Assembly (NCBI RefSeq): GCF_009914755.1 | Contig: NC_060931.1 | Length of the DNA: 64,000 bases | Reading direction: 5' to 3' (one strand) | From: the human T2T-CHM13v2.0 reference genome, Homo sapiens | Shown: in pieces, positions 12,988-26,500 of the stretch | Numbering within the stretch: position 1 is the first letter of the stretch | Layout of the letters: each line of letters starts with the position of its first letter | Notes under the pieces: generated by a model | Databases searched by the model: none | Seen by the model: only the letters and a program-made list of their open reading frames with translations | What the model was told of the DNA's origin: nothing | Translations under genes and position numbers: made by a program

Positions 12988-15900
12988 CTATTATGATAAT
13001 CTATCCATCAGTAAGAGAGAGAGAGAGAAATAGAGACAGAGAGAGAGACTTGTTCAGTGTTTGTCGTAGTTCAGCACAGTCATTAAGTGTGTAGGTTTTG
13101 GAATCAGAGAAACCTGGGCTTACATCCCCGCTCTTTGATCTCTATCACTTTCCATTTGTCCAATTACTGTTTTAAGCCTCAGTATATTTATCTATAAAAT
13201 GGGTATAATAATGGTAACTATAGACTAGAACTGGATCCTGAGAATTGAATGCCAGTAATGTATGTGAGTGACACAGACATCATTTCTCTGAGGAAATCCC
13301 TTCATGTCCTGGGAGGTGATGACTCTTGGGCATGGGTTATTGGAAATCAGGGTTTACAATCCCACTCAGCACTTGTATTGTCTTCTTTATCTCTTCCAAG
13401 TATCTTAACATCCCATTTTCTAAGGGACCTAATTTTTTTTTAATTGATAGACTACAGCAGACTAAGATCACTTAGGAAAACTTGCCTTCAGTATCAGCTT
13501 GATTTTATTACATGATCTTCTTTACATACCTGGTCCTGTGGTCCAGTGCTATAAAGAAAACAATGGTCGATGACGTTTGGTTGGGCAGGCCTATCCATTT
13601 ATATATTTGGAACCTAGGTGATGAGGGGGCTGCAGAGATAAATGAGTAAGCTGCACTTTTGCAAGGGAGGGTGGGTCTCTGAAAGCTCTCCTAAGGTTCA
13701 AATACTGATGGCCCGAGGCTGTTGATCTTATCTAGTTCAGGAGATGTTTTTCCATAAAGTAAATCATGATTCACTGCATGAATTCCTATGCACTGAATAT
13801 TGTAGAAAGAACTGATGACCCTGAAAAACTGGAAATGTTAACCCTCTTCCTAGATGGGCTAGGTGTCATCCTGCCAAGAGACAGAGAAGGAGATTCTAAG
13901 TCAAGAAAAAGCTCATTAAGTACAGATATTTCCTCATGTTGTGCATGGAGACCTTGAATCACAGTCAGACCAGCCCTAACATTTGCAGAGCTGCAGAGGG
14001 TGAGGGTATGAATGGAGGCCTAGACATCAAATGCTTATATTTAAATAAACTTTGTTCCATCCTTGTACCTTGGCAAATATACCTTCAAAGCAATAAAATT
14101 AGTGGGGCAGGGGGAGTGAAATCTATGCCTTATACATGACTGAAAGTTGGTAAAAATATAAATAACTGGATTTCATAATTATTTCAACCCTGCAGGAGTT
14201 TTGTTAATGGGCTGACATGTTTGAATGAGTAATAAAGACATACACAGTTCATGTAAAACTTGAGCATTTATCTAATTACTGTGTATCCAGCATTGAGTTC
14301 AGAATCAAAGAAATAGAAGACCTGGTCTATTTCTGAGTTAAGGAGACAGGACATAAAAAGGTGAAATTATTAGGGGATAAAATTATTACATACATATCAG
14401 CATTGATTCTATTAAAATAAAGTGCTAAGTGGTGCATTACTGGCAATGAAAGGCTAAGGCCACCCAAGATAAGGTGCTAATTAGATGGCAAAGCCGAGAA
14501 AGGCAGACAGTGCTGGGAAAGGTTAAATAGTATCACATCCCACCCCAGAAGTCATGTGTGAATTTGATGAGTCACAGAACCAATGGGCTTGTCCAGCCCT
14601 CACCAGCATCCATGACTCAGGGTCACCTCGACATCCTTTACTTATCTCCCATATGTCATAACTTTCAAGGTGGAACAAAAACTTGGCTTTGTTGTGAATA
14701 ATGGAAAGGAGGAGAAAAGGCAATCACTGTAGCCGGTGATGAAAATAGTGGAAAAATGAGGAGGTAGAAGAAAAGAACTGGGGACTCCTAACAAAAAAAA
14801 AAAAAAAAACCCAAAACAATAGTTTTTGAAATGACTTTAATCTTACTGATCTAGAATGAAGGGTTTTAAAGGATCACATATTGTATTGTAGACTTCCTTG
14901 CACTCGGCCGCATACCCTCTTGACCCACCTTTCCACCCCAGCTGTTGCCACAGCAACCAGGTGGCATGCACGTGGAGCCTGATAGTGTCTGCTTCAGGGA
15001 CACTGCGCTCCCCTTGCCTCTTCCCCCGGGGCTCCTCTGCTTCTACATGGAGGGCAGGGGGTGCCTGGGGGAAACCACTCAGCTTTTCCAACTCACTTGC
15101 AAACTTAGAAGTGTGAGGAATAAACAGCCCACGGCAAACTTTCTGCAGTGGGGAGTGGGAGCCAGTGGATGGTTTCTGAGGTGGCTTCTACATTACTAGA
15201 GGGTCCAAGAGGGGTCAGAGTCCTGGTCCCCCACAGCGAGGGCCAGCTTGAAAATATCCCCTTGAACTAGCTTGTCCTCACTTCCCTACCTTCCACTCCT
15301 GTTCCTCAGGACTGCTTCCCAAAATAAGCCCCCTGCTCACAACCCCTTGTCTCACTTCTGCTTTTAGGGGGAACTCAGGCCCTTATAAATTTTAGTTATC
15401 TATTTTTGTACTCTTTGGAAAGCTGTGTTCTATCTACATGTGTATTTCAAGACTTGGGCAGTTGAGAAATTCTTGTACCTACTTTACCCGTTCATTTAAA
15501 AAACATTTATAGGGCAACTACTATGTGCTTGGAGTTGTCCCATCAGCAAGGGTTAGAGAGATCATATGTAGAGTTTTCAGAAGCCTGCTACCCAATAGTA
15601 AAAGCTACCATCTGTCACAAACTTACAGGATGGCAGGACCTGCTCTAAGTGCTTTGTAATCCTTGCCTCACTTGATCCTCACGAGAGCTGTATGAGGATA
15701 CCCTCAGCAGCCCTGCATTATTATTCTCATCTTTACAGGTGAGGAAGCCACGATTTAGAGACAGTTGGGAACTCCAGGTAAAAGCTGGCCAGAGAAGGGC
15801 AGAGTTTGAACCAGGCCGTGGTCTTCACCATCACACTGTGTAGAGAGTATGTTCCAGATACAAAAGGAGGATGGAGAACGGGTCCTAGGGGTAGAAGTCC

Positions 15901-17077
15901 TAGCTGTCTGCCCAGGGGGGCTGCTCTCACAGCTCTGAGTCAGTGGCATCTCCACCCTGCCTTGCCCACAGAAATTCACAAAACAGCAGGCAAACCAAAG
16001 CAGAAGGAAGGATTGGCAGGGTACTGTGGAGTTGGGGCAGTTCAGCACAGCCAATGCCCTTTTTTGTTAAGGAAACAGGATGTTTCCTATGGTGAGGGAT
16101 GTGATCCTAATGAATCAGGGGGAGCACACATCCCTACTGACCTGCCAGCCACCTCTCCCAGGGCCTCTGTTTCTTTCTCCCCCAAGCCCTGCCTCTGAAT
16201 TGCTGGAGTTTGGAGAGGCTTAAGTAGGTAATGAGCAGGAACTTGGAAGGTGAGTGATATAGTGGCTGGTCTGGTCTGGACTTGGATGTGGAGTAGGGAT
16301 AAGAAGGACCTCTCTTCTGCGTGTAGGTGCATGAGGAGCATGACTTCTTCCTCTCCTGCATCTTAGAGGGATCATCAAGCCTTCATTAGAATCAGCCAGC
16401 ATCCTTCTAGGCATCACAAGAAGCTGTCGTTTATGGCTTCGAAGGGAGCTGCTATCTTGATCAAGGACCAGTGCTGAGAATATGGTGTGTATCCCCTGAG
16501 GATGAGTTCTCTGCTTTCCTGGTAAATTGATCATTGATCAAAACCAAGGCATATAGAAAACTACAGGTTATATTTTTAAACAACCTTGGTTGCATTCATT
16601 CCTAGATAATAAATAGTTTCTCCCAGGGCACTGTGGGATGTGAATGCCATGACTTTCACTTGGGCCTGAAAACTCTTCACCACAGCAGGTGGTGTGGGAA
16701 CCAGGCAGCACATGCCTGGCACAGAGTTAGCAAAAGGCAGGTCCTTACTCTCACCCTTTAAATCCTCCCCATTTCTCTCCTCTGATACTTCCCCTCCTTA
16801 TACTTCCTTCTGTCCTAACTCTGTAGATTTGCACTGCCTTTTTTCCACCTCTGCTTCTTTTTAGTCTTTGCTTTCTTCCCTAATCTGTCCCAAAGCTAGT
16901 TCAGGAAAATTAGGACCTTCCACAAAATGATTCATATTGAGTGTAAATAGTCAATAGTGTATTTTTTAAAGAAGGCTTTCGGCCAAAAGAATACTTCTTT
17001 GTAGGTGAAATATGATATTTCATACATTAATTATGAACTGAGGGGCCACCTGTTAGGTTAAATCCCTTGTACCTTAT

Positions 17078-17400
17078 AGCAGTCAGGATAGTCTTGGCTA
17101 TGCAGCAGTAACAAACAGCCTCATACCTTAGTGACTTAAAGCAGCAAAGTTTTATTTTTTACTCATACTACACAACCATGGTGTCATCTGGTGGCTCTGC
17201 TCTGTGCTGTCATTGATCTCACTCTGTGATTCAGGCTGCTGCTCTCTGGAGCATTACAAGTGACTACACCACTAGCACTCATATTCCATCGGCCCAAACC
17301 AAGTTGCTGGGCCAGCTGAACTTTATTGGGGTGGGGAACTGTACTGCTCCTTCAGGAAGGGGAAATAGATATTGTTGAACTGTGATATGACCTACCAGAT
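17078..17400. mobile_element. MLT1 (MaLR) LTR fragment
   Basis: agtcaggatag..ggctatgcagcagtaacaaac..agtgacttaaagcagcaaagttt resembles an MLT1J/K-type terminus; boundaries approximate. Confidence 0.55.
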
Positions 17401-17943
17401 ATTCCTATGCCTGGGACTAACCTCCTCTGCCTGGGTCCAACATCATTCATGAGCCTTGGCTCTAGTGCATACCCTCAGCAGCCCTGCAGGCTCTGGCTCA
17501 GCGTCCACGGTAGGAGTTCTGCTAAGAGAAAAGCGAGGCAGGTTTAGAGAAAGTGATGGTGCAGAAGTGACCTGCATCTGCCTCCATTTACTCTGCTCAG
17601 CTAGGAGCAGCTCTGCTAACCCAGGGAGAGGTTTCCACTACAACACCATCTCTCTTTACCTGTAAAAGATAGCCATTAGCTGCAACTCAAGGAATTAGTT
17701 TTCTAAAGATAAACCATTGATGGGAGAGGGCGAGTGGCCTGATATTGAAGGTAATGGAGTCACAGTTGGGAGACAACCCAGTGGCCAACTTTGTAGCTGA
17801 TTGCTTTCACTGAGTCTTGCTTTCTGTCCCTCTCTCCCTCCATTCATGATTTATTGAGCACTCTCTCTGAGTGGGTCACTGTGCTAAGCTGGGGTAATAA
17901 ATTCAACTGAGATGTGGTCTCTGACTTTAAGGATCTCACAGTC

Positions 17944-18336
<393 letters not shown>

Positions 18337-18389
18337 CTAAATTTGTTATTAAGGCTCCAGGATGGGCCCACTCTTATTTGTACAGCATC

Positions 18390-18697
18390 TTTTTTGTTTT
18401 GTTTTGTTTTTGAGATGGAGTCTTGCTCTGTCGCCCAGGCTGGAGTGCAGTGGGGCGATCTTGGTTCACTGCAACCTCCGCCTCCTGGGTTCAAGCGATT
18501 CTGTTGCCTCAGCCTCCTGCCTGAGTAGCTGGAATTACAGGCGTCTGCCACCACGCCCGGCTAATTTTTGTATTTTTAGTAGAGACGGGGTTTCACCATG
18601 TTGGCCAGGCTGGTCTCAAACTCCTCACCTCAAGTGATCTGCCCATCTTAGCCTCCCAAAGTGCTGGGATTACAGGCATGAGCCACTGTGCTCGGCC
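18390..18697 (-). mobile_element. Alu (AluS-type)
   Basis: Full reverse-strand dimer with (TTTTG)n tail; flanking duplication tgtacagcatc / tgtagagtatc. Confidence 0.93.
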
Positions 18698-19504
18698 TGT
18701 AGAGTATCATTTTTATGACTAATAATAATACTATATGCACGTATGAGCCTTCATAGCACATGGGGTCTTTTTCACTTCAGTTGTCTAAATTGGCCTGCCC
18801 CAATCTTCTGGGCTTTGTAGTACAATTAGGACAATCTTAATTTTGTGGCTAGGTAAACAAAATACAAGAGAAGTGGCCTGCTCAAGGTCATGGTGGTTGG
18901 TTCTGACAAAGTTTGAGCTCATATAGGTAAAGGAATCTGAGGCCCTGGTGGAAACTTCGTTGTTCAATCTCAATGTGAACCTTCAGAGTGACATCACCGT
19001 CCCCACCCAGCCTGAGTCTTTATTTAGGAGAAGGGAAGAACATCTCCTTCCTATTCCTGAACTATACTTTTCTTGTAAGCCTGATCTACTGAGAAAAAAA
19101 AAAAAAAAAACAAAAAAAAACACCCACCACTCTTTTTGATTTCAATCCATTTGGTTTGTTCCAGGTCTTGAGGCCAGGGAGTTCGGTTTGCCCTCACAGC
19201 TGCCCCGTCCATTCCCACAGTCACCCCACACTGTACATCGTCCTGTGGCCATGCTGATGGTGCCTCCAGAGGCCGTGGCTTCTCCATCTCAGGCTGAGGA
19301 ATGCTCTCTCCTCAGGAGCTCCCTCGTATCTCAGAAGAAATTGCCTCTGGAAGGTGGGACAGTGCTGAGAGCAAGGCCAGGAAGGACCCCTGTGGACACT
19401 CCCCAGGCCACTTCCTGACCCTTCTCTCTGTGCCCTCCAGGGGTCCCATCCTGGGTGAAATCTCCCCATGCTCATCTCAGGGTGTGAAGGCTGGAGGGGC
19501 CTAT

Positions 19505-19552
19505 GGGTGGGTGGGTGGGTGGGTGGGGGCATTAGGGAGGTGGGAGGGTGGG
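19505..19552 (+). repeat. (GGGT)n G-quadruplex-forming tract
   Basis: gggtgggtgggtgggtgggtggggg followed by further G-runs. Confidence 0.7.
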
Positions 19553-20526
19553 ATTTGCCTGAAGTTTCATCAGCAGTCGGTGCCCTCAGCATCTGCCTCA
19601 CCCCTCCCCCTTGCCTCCACCCTGCACTCCTCCTTCCTTTCTTGCTTCCCTCCTCAGTCTTCCCCTTTCCACGTTTCTGCCTCCTGATCTTTATCCTGCT
19701 TCTGTCCTGATTCCCTTCTCTCATGGCTTTCCCTTTGAATAAGAAGGATGCTGGAATATTCATGGAGTCATCCAGCCCAGCCTCCTCTACCTGATGACCT
19801 GAGGCTTAAAATGTGGACAGATCTGCCCAAGGTGGCCAGCTGAGCCAACAGCAGAAACTGCAGAGGTCCTGGTGCCCAGGCCAGGGCTCTCTGTGTCATG
19901 CCAGCTGCACTGGCTCCCCGCCCCCACCTCTGAGCGGCGTGGGTGTTAGATGGGTGTGCAAGGCAGGCAGTGGCATGGGCTCCTTCACTCTGGCCCTCCT
20001 CACTGCCACCCTTTTCATTCTCTTTTTCTCCCTAACCCACTCTACCCAAGGAACACAGTTGGATTCAAGATCTTCACTCTCTATCAACATACCGGGGGAG
20101 TTGGGGGCTGAGAGAATCATTGATCATGAAGGTGTCGCTTGCCAGGAAGACCTGAAGCAGAGATGGCAATGCTTGTGTCATCCCCAGAGCCAACTCTAAT
20201 GGGCAAGTAGCAAGTTCCTGGAGGGCTGCGTTGAGAGGGATTCCGGGACTGACTGGGCTGCCTAGGAAAGCGTTGTCTCCTGACAGCACTGACTAGTAAC
20301 ATGCTTACTCTCCCTGGCTTGAAGTGTTGCCACCTCGGGATGGCTGCCTTGCAACCGAGAAGAGAGTCTTAAGTAGAAGGATGCATCTCTGGTGGTTGAG
20401 TTTAGATGTCACACAACTGCAGAGAGAAGGTGCCAGCCATGTGTCTGCATGCTGGAAGCTGTTGCCATCTTATAGCCAGCCTTCTCCCCCAGCCCCTCCT
20501 AGCCAGTCACATAAAGAAGCACCCAA

Positions 20527-23500
20527 AATCCCAAACTGCATTTTTATTATTTTTTAATAAACTTTATTCTATATTACAAATAAGTTTTTTTTGTTCTGAA
20601 CTGCAAAATAGGAATGCCTTATATTTACATACACAGGTATACAATTAATTATAACAAAGGTACAGAAGCTTGCCTTTACCAAGTTACAACTGGGCTCCAA
20701 TTTAAATAGCATAGGTTTCCTTTTTAAAAACTTTTTAATTTTTTTTTAATATTTTACTAGGATACTCTTCTTTAAAAATCAAAACCAGAAGACCCTCTTC
20801 TTAGAGATCTCATCCACATACATTTGAGGCTCATTTTAACACTGTTGTCTAAAGATATGCTTTGCTTTGTTCTAACAAAGGGTCAATGTTCGAGGTGGGA
20901 GCTTTAGTTTGAAACAGAAGTGGGATGGGGCTGGAAGGGGGTGACTGGAACAGAGATAACCTGCCCTACCTCCTTCAACGGCTTCTCTATGTGACTCAAA
21001 GACCCCTGCCAGTTCCTTAAACCACCCTTCCATCCTGTTTCTCCCCTTCTCTAGCATTTGAAGCTCAACTCTGGGTCCTCTGGCTGGGCCAAAACCCCTG
21101 CATCATCCCCACACGTCGGCTCGCTGAGCCATTGTCTGTTGTGGTACCCTGGAGTTGCTGGTTGCTATGGTAACTCAGCAGGACCCTGCTGGAAGAGATG
21201 GGCTGGCCCCTACATGCTAAAGTGGGGAGGAGGGCAGTGGCATCCAATCCTTCCTTCCCACCTCAGGGCCTGGAGGCCTTGTTCCTGCTCAAAGCAGCCA
21301 ACACACGACTAAGCAAAGACCGTATGTCTCAAGGACACCAGGCCAAGGTAGGGAGTGGTGAGGGGAGGGCTGTCCATTCTAAAACACAAAATCGTTGGTT
21401 TCCGAATGGAAACAAGATTCTTTGAGGTAAGCTAGCTTTTCATTTTAAGAACAGAAGGTTTAACAAGTCAACAAGCTAACTAGAACGTCGGGGAGGGAGA
21501 GGAAAGGAGGACAGACAGATGAGCACGTGTATCCCATCTTCGTCCTGTGCCTGGATTGCGGCTGACTTCTGTGCACGAAAGTGTTCCTTAGTCCTGTTTG
21601 GTGAAGTGGTCTCGGTTTCTTAAGCGTCCTTTGGGTTGCTCTTTAACTGTATCCTCTGTTTTAAATTCTACTTTTGTAAGGGAGCCCTTCCAAAATGTGC
21701 TTGAGTCAAAAGATCAAAGATACTAACAAAGGAAGTTCTAATTCCAAATAAAGAAATTGCTGGAAGAAGAGCTGCATAGACCAAGTCTACTTGCTTTTGC
21801 AATCCTGGCGGAGGGAAAGCTTGGGTCTTCCCATGACCCATCCCTCACAGAGCCTCCTTAAAGTTTGAGGAAAGCTGATAAGAGATGTGTAGGATTCGGC
21901 AGTACCAGGGGCAGCCCAGAGAGCCAAGCATAGACATCAAAGCGGGTGGGAATGGAATAAAGTGAGGCTCCCGCAACCCAGGATTTTCAGCCTACCTGAA
22001 TCACCTCACTACCTCTGCCAATACAAACAGAAAGTTCTTTTTGTATATGAAGGATTTTGTTTCGTTTTGTTTAACTTTGCTTTGCTTTCTGGTAGGCACC
22101 AGTCTACTCAAGGAATTTAATCGGGATCCTAATGAGTATGTATTTCTCTTACAACCAAAAAATTCTATATACTTTTAAAACTTGGATACTCCCTCTAATA
22201 AAAAAATAATTTTATGGGGGAGCAAAAATTTGTAGTAAAAAAAAAAAAACTCTCTCTTGCATGTCTGAAACTTTTACTGCAGTGGATTACTTTCCAAATG
22301 AGAGGAGTGGTCATTTAGGTTTCCTGTCAAGAGCATGCCACCCTTAGCACCATGAGGAGAGGTTTGCAGAGTGTCCCAGCCTCATTCGGGAGCTGTGTCA
22401 GTGTTACCTGAGGCTGTGTCTCAGCTCCCCACTCTATAAAATAAGGCTCTTGTTTCCTACATAGAGAATGCCTGTAGGGTGAGGTGGCAGGAGGCGGTAG
22501 GAGAAGGACTCCATCTGTCAAAAGTGTGGGGAAGCACCAGGAATAGCAGCAGCCATGTGAGATGCCACCCCTAGCATTGTCCTCATCCAGGGAATGTCCT
22601 GACCCATTTTTTTTTTTCAATGGGGGAGGCTCCTCCTGTCCTCTGAACCTCTCCTCATCCCCTTGGAAGTCATAGGTTTTGCTCCCACTAACCGAGTAAT
22701 TTGGACTTAACATCCATAGCAGGGCTCCCTTCTTACTTTCGAACTATTAAGATATACAAACAAAAACCAAACAACTCCAAAATCCCAAATAAATGGCCCA
22801 CAGTTTTGTTTCGTTTTGTTTTTTTTAAAGGAAGAGGCTGAGGGTTCAAGGTCTCCCAGTCACCTGTCCTGAGAGCTGGGAGGAAGAGGGGAAGAGGCCC
22901 TTGATGTAGACGAGGACCAGGAGGGATGGCTGGGGGGGATTTGGGGCATGGGGAGAAGCCAGGGCACGGAGCTGCCTGGGGTAGGTCTTCTCTGGGGGTC
23001 AGGTGAGCTCCTGGAGGTGACTCAGTCATGGAAAGACCCCTTGAAGGCCTTGAAGAGCTGGCTGGGGCTGCTCACTGGGCTCACTGTTCCTGGAAGGAGC
23101 AGGGGAAGTTCCCGGAGAGGGGCTTCTCTGGGCCTTGTGCCTGCAGAGCACCTTCCTACCTATGTCTGTCTGTCTTTCCCTCACTGCTTGGCTGTCTGTG
23201 AGGTGGGAGGTTTGTCCTTGACTGATAACAATACTGGCCCTTTGCTCGGTTAAGTATTTGACTTCACATTACTGTGTCCCCTTGGTCCTGGGAAAGAAGA
23301 CAGATGGAAATTGAGCTTTTCTTTTTAGGTCACAGAGGGTGGTGCTGAGACCTGGGCCCATCACAGCATCGTTCACGGCTCTGGAAACAGTGGTAAGGAT
23401 TCTTCTTGCAGTGGAGGTCATTTGGGAAGTCATTGCTTGTGGATCCTCGGATGGGGACCCATAGGGCCTTGGCTAGACGAGGGAGCTCCTACAGCCAGGA

Positions 23501-26500
23501 AGGCAGCTTTGGGTGGGGTAGGATGGGGCTGGGGCAGTCACAGAGGGCTGGGCTGAGAGGTCTGAGCAGCTCCTGTACTCAAGTGGATAAATCGCCCTGG
23601 GACAGAGGCTATGTGTGCAGGAGAGACACGGTGGAATGAGGAGGGACAGGGAGGATGCTCGTGGCAGGAGGAGCACAGGCAGAAGCCAGACATGCAACGG
23701 GAGACACGGTACCAGGGACCTGGTTGCATGGGGGAGGTGGAGATGCTGGGCCAGTACATCAACCTTCACTGCTGGTGGGCGCAGGTAGCTGGGCCTGAGG
23801 GGACCAGGTCAGAGACTTTTCCTGTGGGTAACTCCTGCTTCTTCCTGGGAACAGTCCTGGACAGTCTGCCTCAAACTTTGGGATTTATTTAAAATAACTT
23901 CTCTTTCACTTGTAGCTCCTCACAAGCAGCCAAGCTCACTTACCAGGCTGCGGGTGCACAAGGGGTAGGCTTTAGGGGCTGGCTTTGGGTGCAGGGATCA
24001 TGCTGCCATTGGAATGTACCTTGGCCTGTGGGACACTTGGGTTATCCACTGTTCCCAAATTTAAAACCATACTGAAAGAAGAAGGCAAGAAAATATTTTC
24101 CTGAGGAAGTAACTGGCATGATGGCCACCTTCACTTAGTGGCACTATTTGCAGCTACCAAGAAATGTCAGGGTCTCTCCTTATGGGGAAGGACAAAGAAT
24201 GGGTAAAAGCTGCATCGGGGGGACTTGTGGCCAGGAGAAATGACCAGCCTACCACTCTGTTTCTTGTCTTCCTCTACTTATTCCTTAAAATTTAGGACCC
24301 CACAAAGCCCCCTTCTTCCCTGCTACCTTAAGCCCTTCTCTCTCCAACATGCAAAAAAAATTCCCACCTAGACTTTGTCAGTGATTTTGATGGCTCAGTC
24401 TGGTACCATTTTCCCTGGGAGGGTACGAGATAAGTTGGAGGGGAAGGTAAGGAAGATGGCCTTTTCTCTCCTTCTGTCTGCTCATGACTCAACATAATGG
24501 TGACCCTACAAATTAACTTTGCCTCGAGGGAGGCCGTGAAGGGGCCTCCATCCCACAGGACAAAGTTGGCCCAATTCCTTTCTCTGGGAGCCCGCAAGCC
24601 ACATGGACAGCCCCTGGATGTTTGCTCTGCCAGTGGGGTAAGGAAGATCCCTGGGGGAGTTTGGAAAAAAGATTTGGGTGGGGGATGGGGGGCAAGGACA
24701 GCTTTTTGACAATGTTGCTTGTCTTTGCTTTTAAATACCATATCACACGTGCACCAAGAATCCAAACGGAAGAAATGGAAAACAAACAGCAGAAGATAAT
24801 TTTTATAAGCAAGATGGGCTGTGGCTCTGGATACCTGGCTCAAATTTCTCAGTCCCCAAGCAGGCCACGGGGACTGCAGCAAACAGAGCGGCAGAAACAA
24901 CCCACCCACCAATTAAAGTCAAACCAGCCCCAAACCCCTCCCCCAGGAGAAATGGGGACAGCCAGAAAATTTGTCTGTCCTTGTCTCCTCTTTCTTCCTA
25001 ACCTTTCTATTTCTCTGAGGTGTTTGAAATTTTTCTTATAACAAAAACATGGAATAAAATAAAGTCCTGTACCGCCAAAGTAACAATAACAATAATCATC
25101 CAGTAAAAAATAAAAGCTTCAGCAGAACCGTGATAAGTCTTTTTTCTTTTTTTTTTCTGCTTGTTTGATTTTTTCTCTTAACTGTGCAAAAAAAAAAAAA
25201 AAAAAATCAAAATGCACTCACTCATACACACGTTCACACACGCAGCTTCCATCCAGCAAATCTGTGTTAAATACGTTTGTGTCTCTTTCCTCCCCAACCC
25301 TTTATATGTGCAAAAATATTGTAGTGACCGAGGTACTTCCTCAGACCGTCTCCCACATGCACCCTTTCTGGCCTTCCAGGTCCTGTGACTGACTTCTTGG
25401 GAGGGAATAAAATGATCAAGGATAGAAAAGTCAAGCTTCTCCACCTGGTACTGCACTTGCCAAAACCTTTGGTTATTTATTTTTTTTCTTCCTCTTCCAA
25501 TGCATTGTTTCCCATTTTCCTCTTCCCATTAGGTTGCTCATGTCTTTTCCACCATCTGTCCTCTGCGATGTCACATGATGCCCTGTTCCAAGGTCCAGGC
25601 CTCGGCAGGCGACCACCCTGATTTCCTATGGACAAGCGCCCTCTCCTTCCACCCACCAGCTCTCAGCATAGAAAGCAAGTAAGTGTTGAAATGTCCTGAA
25701 GCTGCAGGATGAATGGATGAGCAAGGGGAACACTTCAAAAATCCTCCTACAAAGGACAAGAAATCCTTTTGAGCTTTCCGCCTACACCTGGGGCAGACAC
25801 ACACACACACACATACATGTGCTCACACACATGTACACATATTCATATCCAAAGGGGCAAGTGTTCTTAAAAGTACCGGATGCTCCATGGACTTTGCTGG
25901 AAATGGTGTGGTTTCTTCCCCAAGGGGGGCTCATTCTGAGTGGGTGACAAGGAATGATGTCTGATGTTTGGGGAGTGAAGGCAAGACTGTGAATCCTTCT
26001 CCTCAACCTCACCTAAGATGTTTCTCCTTGTCTCCCATAGTGGTGAACAACTCCAGAGCAGAGGTGCCAACAGAGACTCCTGCTTAGGATGGGAGACTGC
26101 ACCAGACAGCACCTAAGGTCTCCTTAGGATGAAAGGTTCCTAGAACCCTCCATTAGACCATCTCTCCCCATAGCCTCTGCTTACCTAGTATCAATTTCTA
26201 GGCACACATTTGCCTGCCTGGCTAAAATCGTGCATCTGTAGATGTAAGAACAGATGGGGAGATGGATGCCAAGGCCAAGGTCATTTGTATGTCCCTCTTC
26301 TTAATTCCAGCCAGGCCCATCAGCTCGACTCTTTGTCCCTCCCAGATCTGACAAGCTGGAGGCTGAGGTTGGCTGGCATTTTGGGCTGTCTCCGTGAGGC
26401 TTTGCTTAAGTCTGTTTCTTTCAAGGATGACTGCTGAAGAGATGAGGAAGGAGAATGATGAGAGACAGCTGAGATGTTGATGAAATCATTCCCAAAGAGG

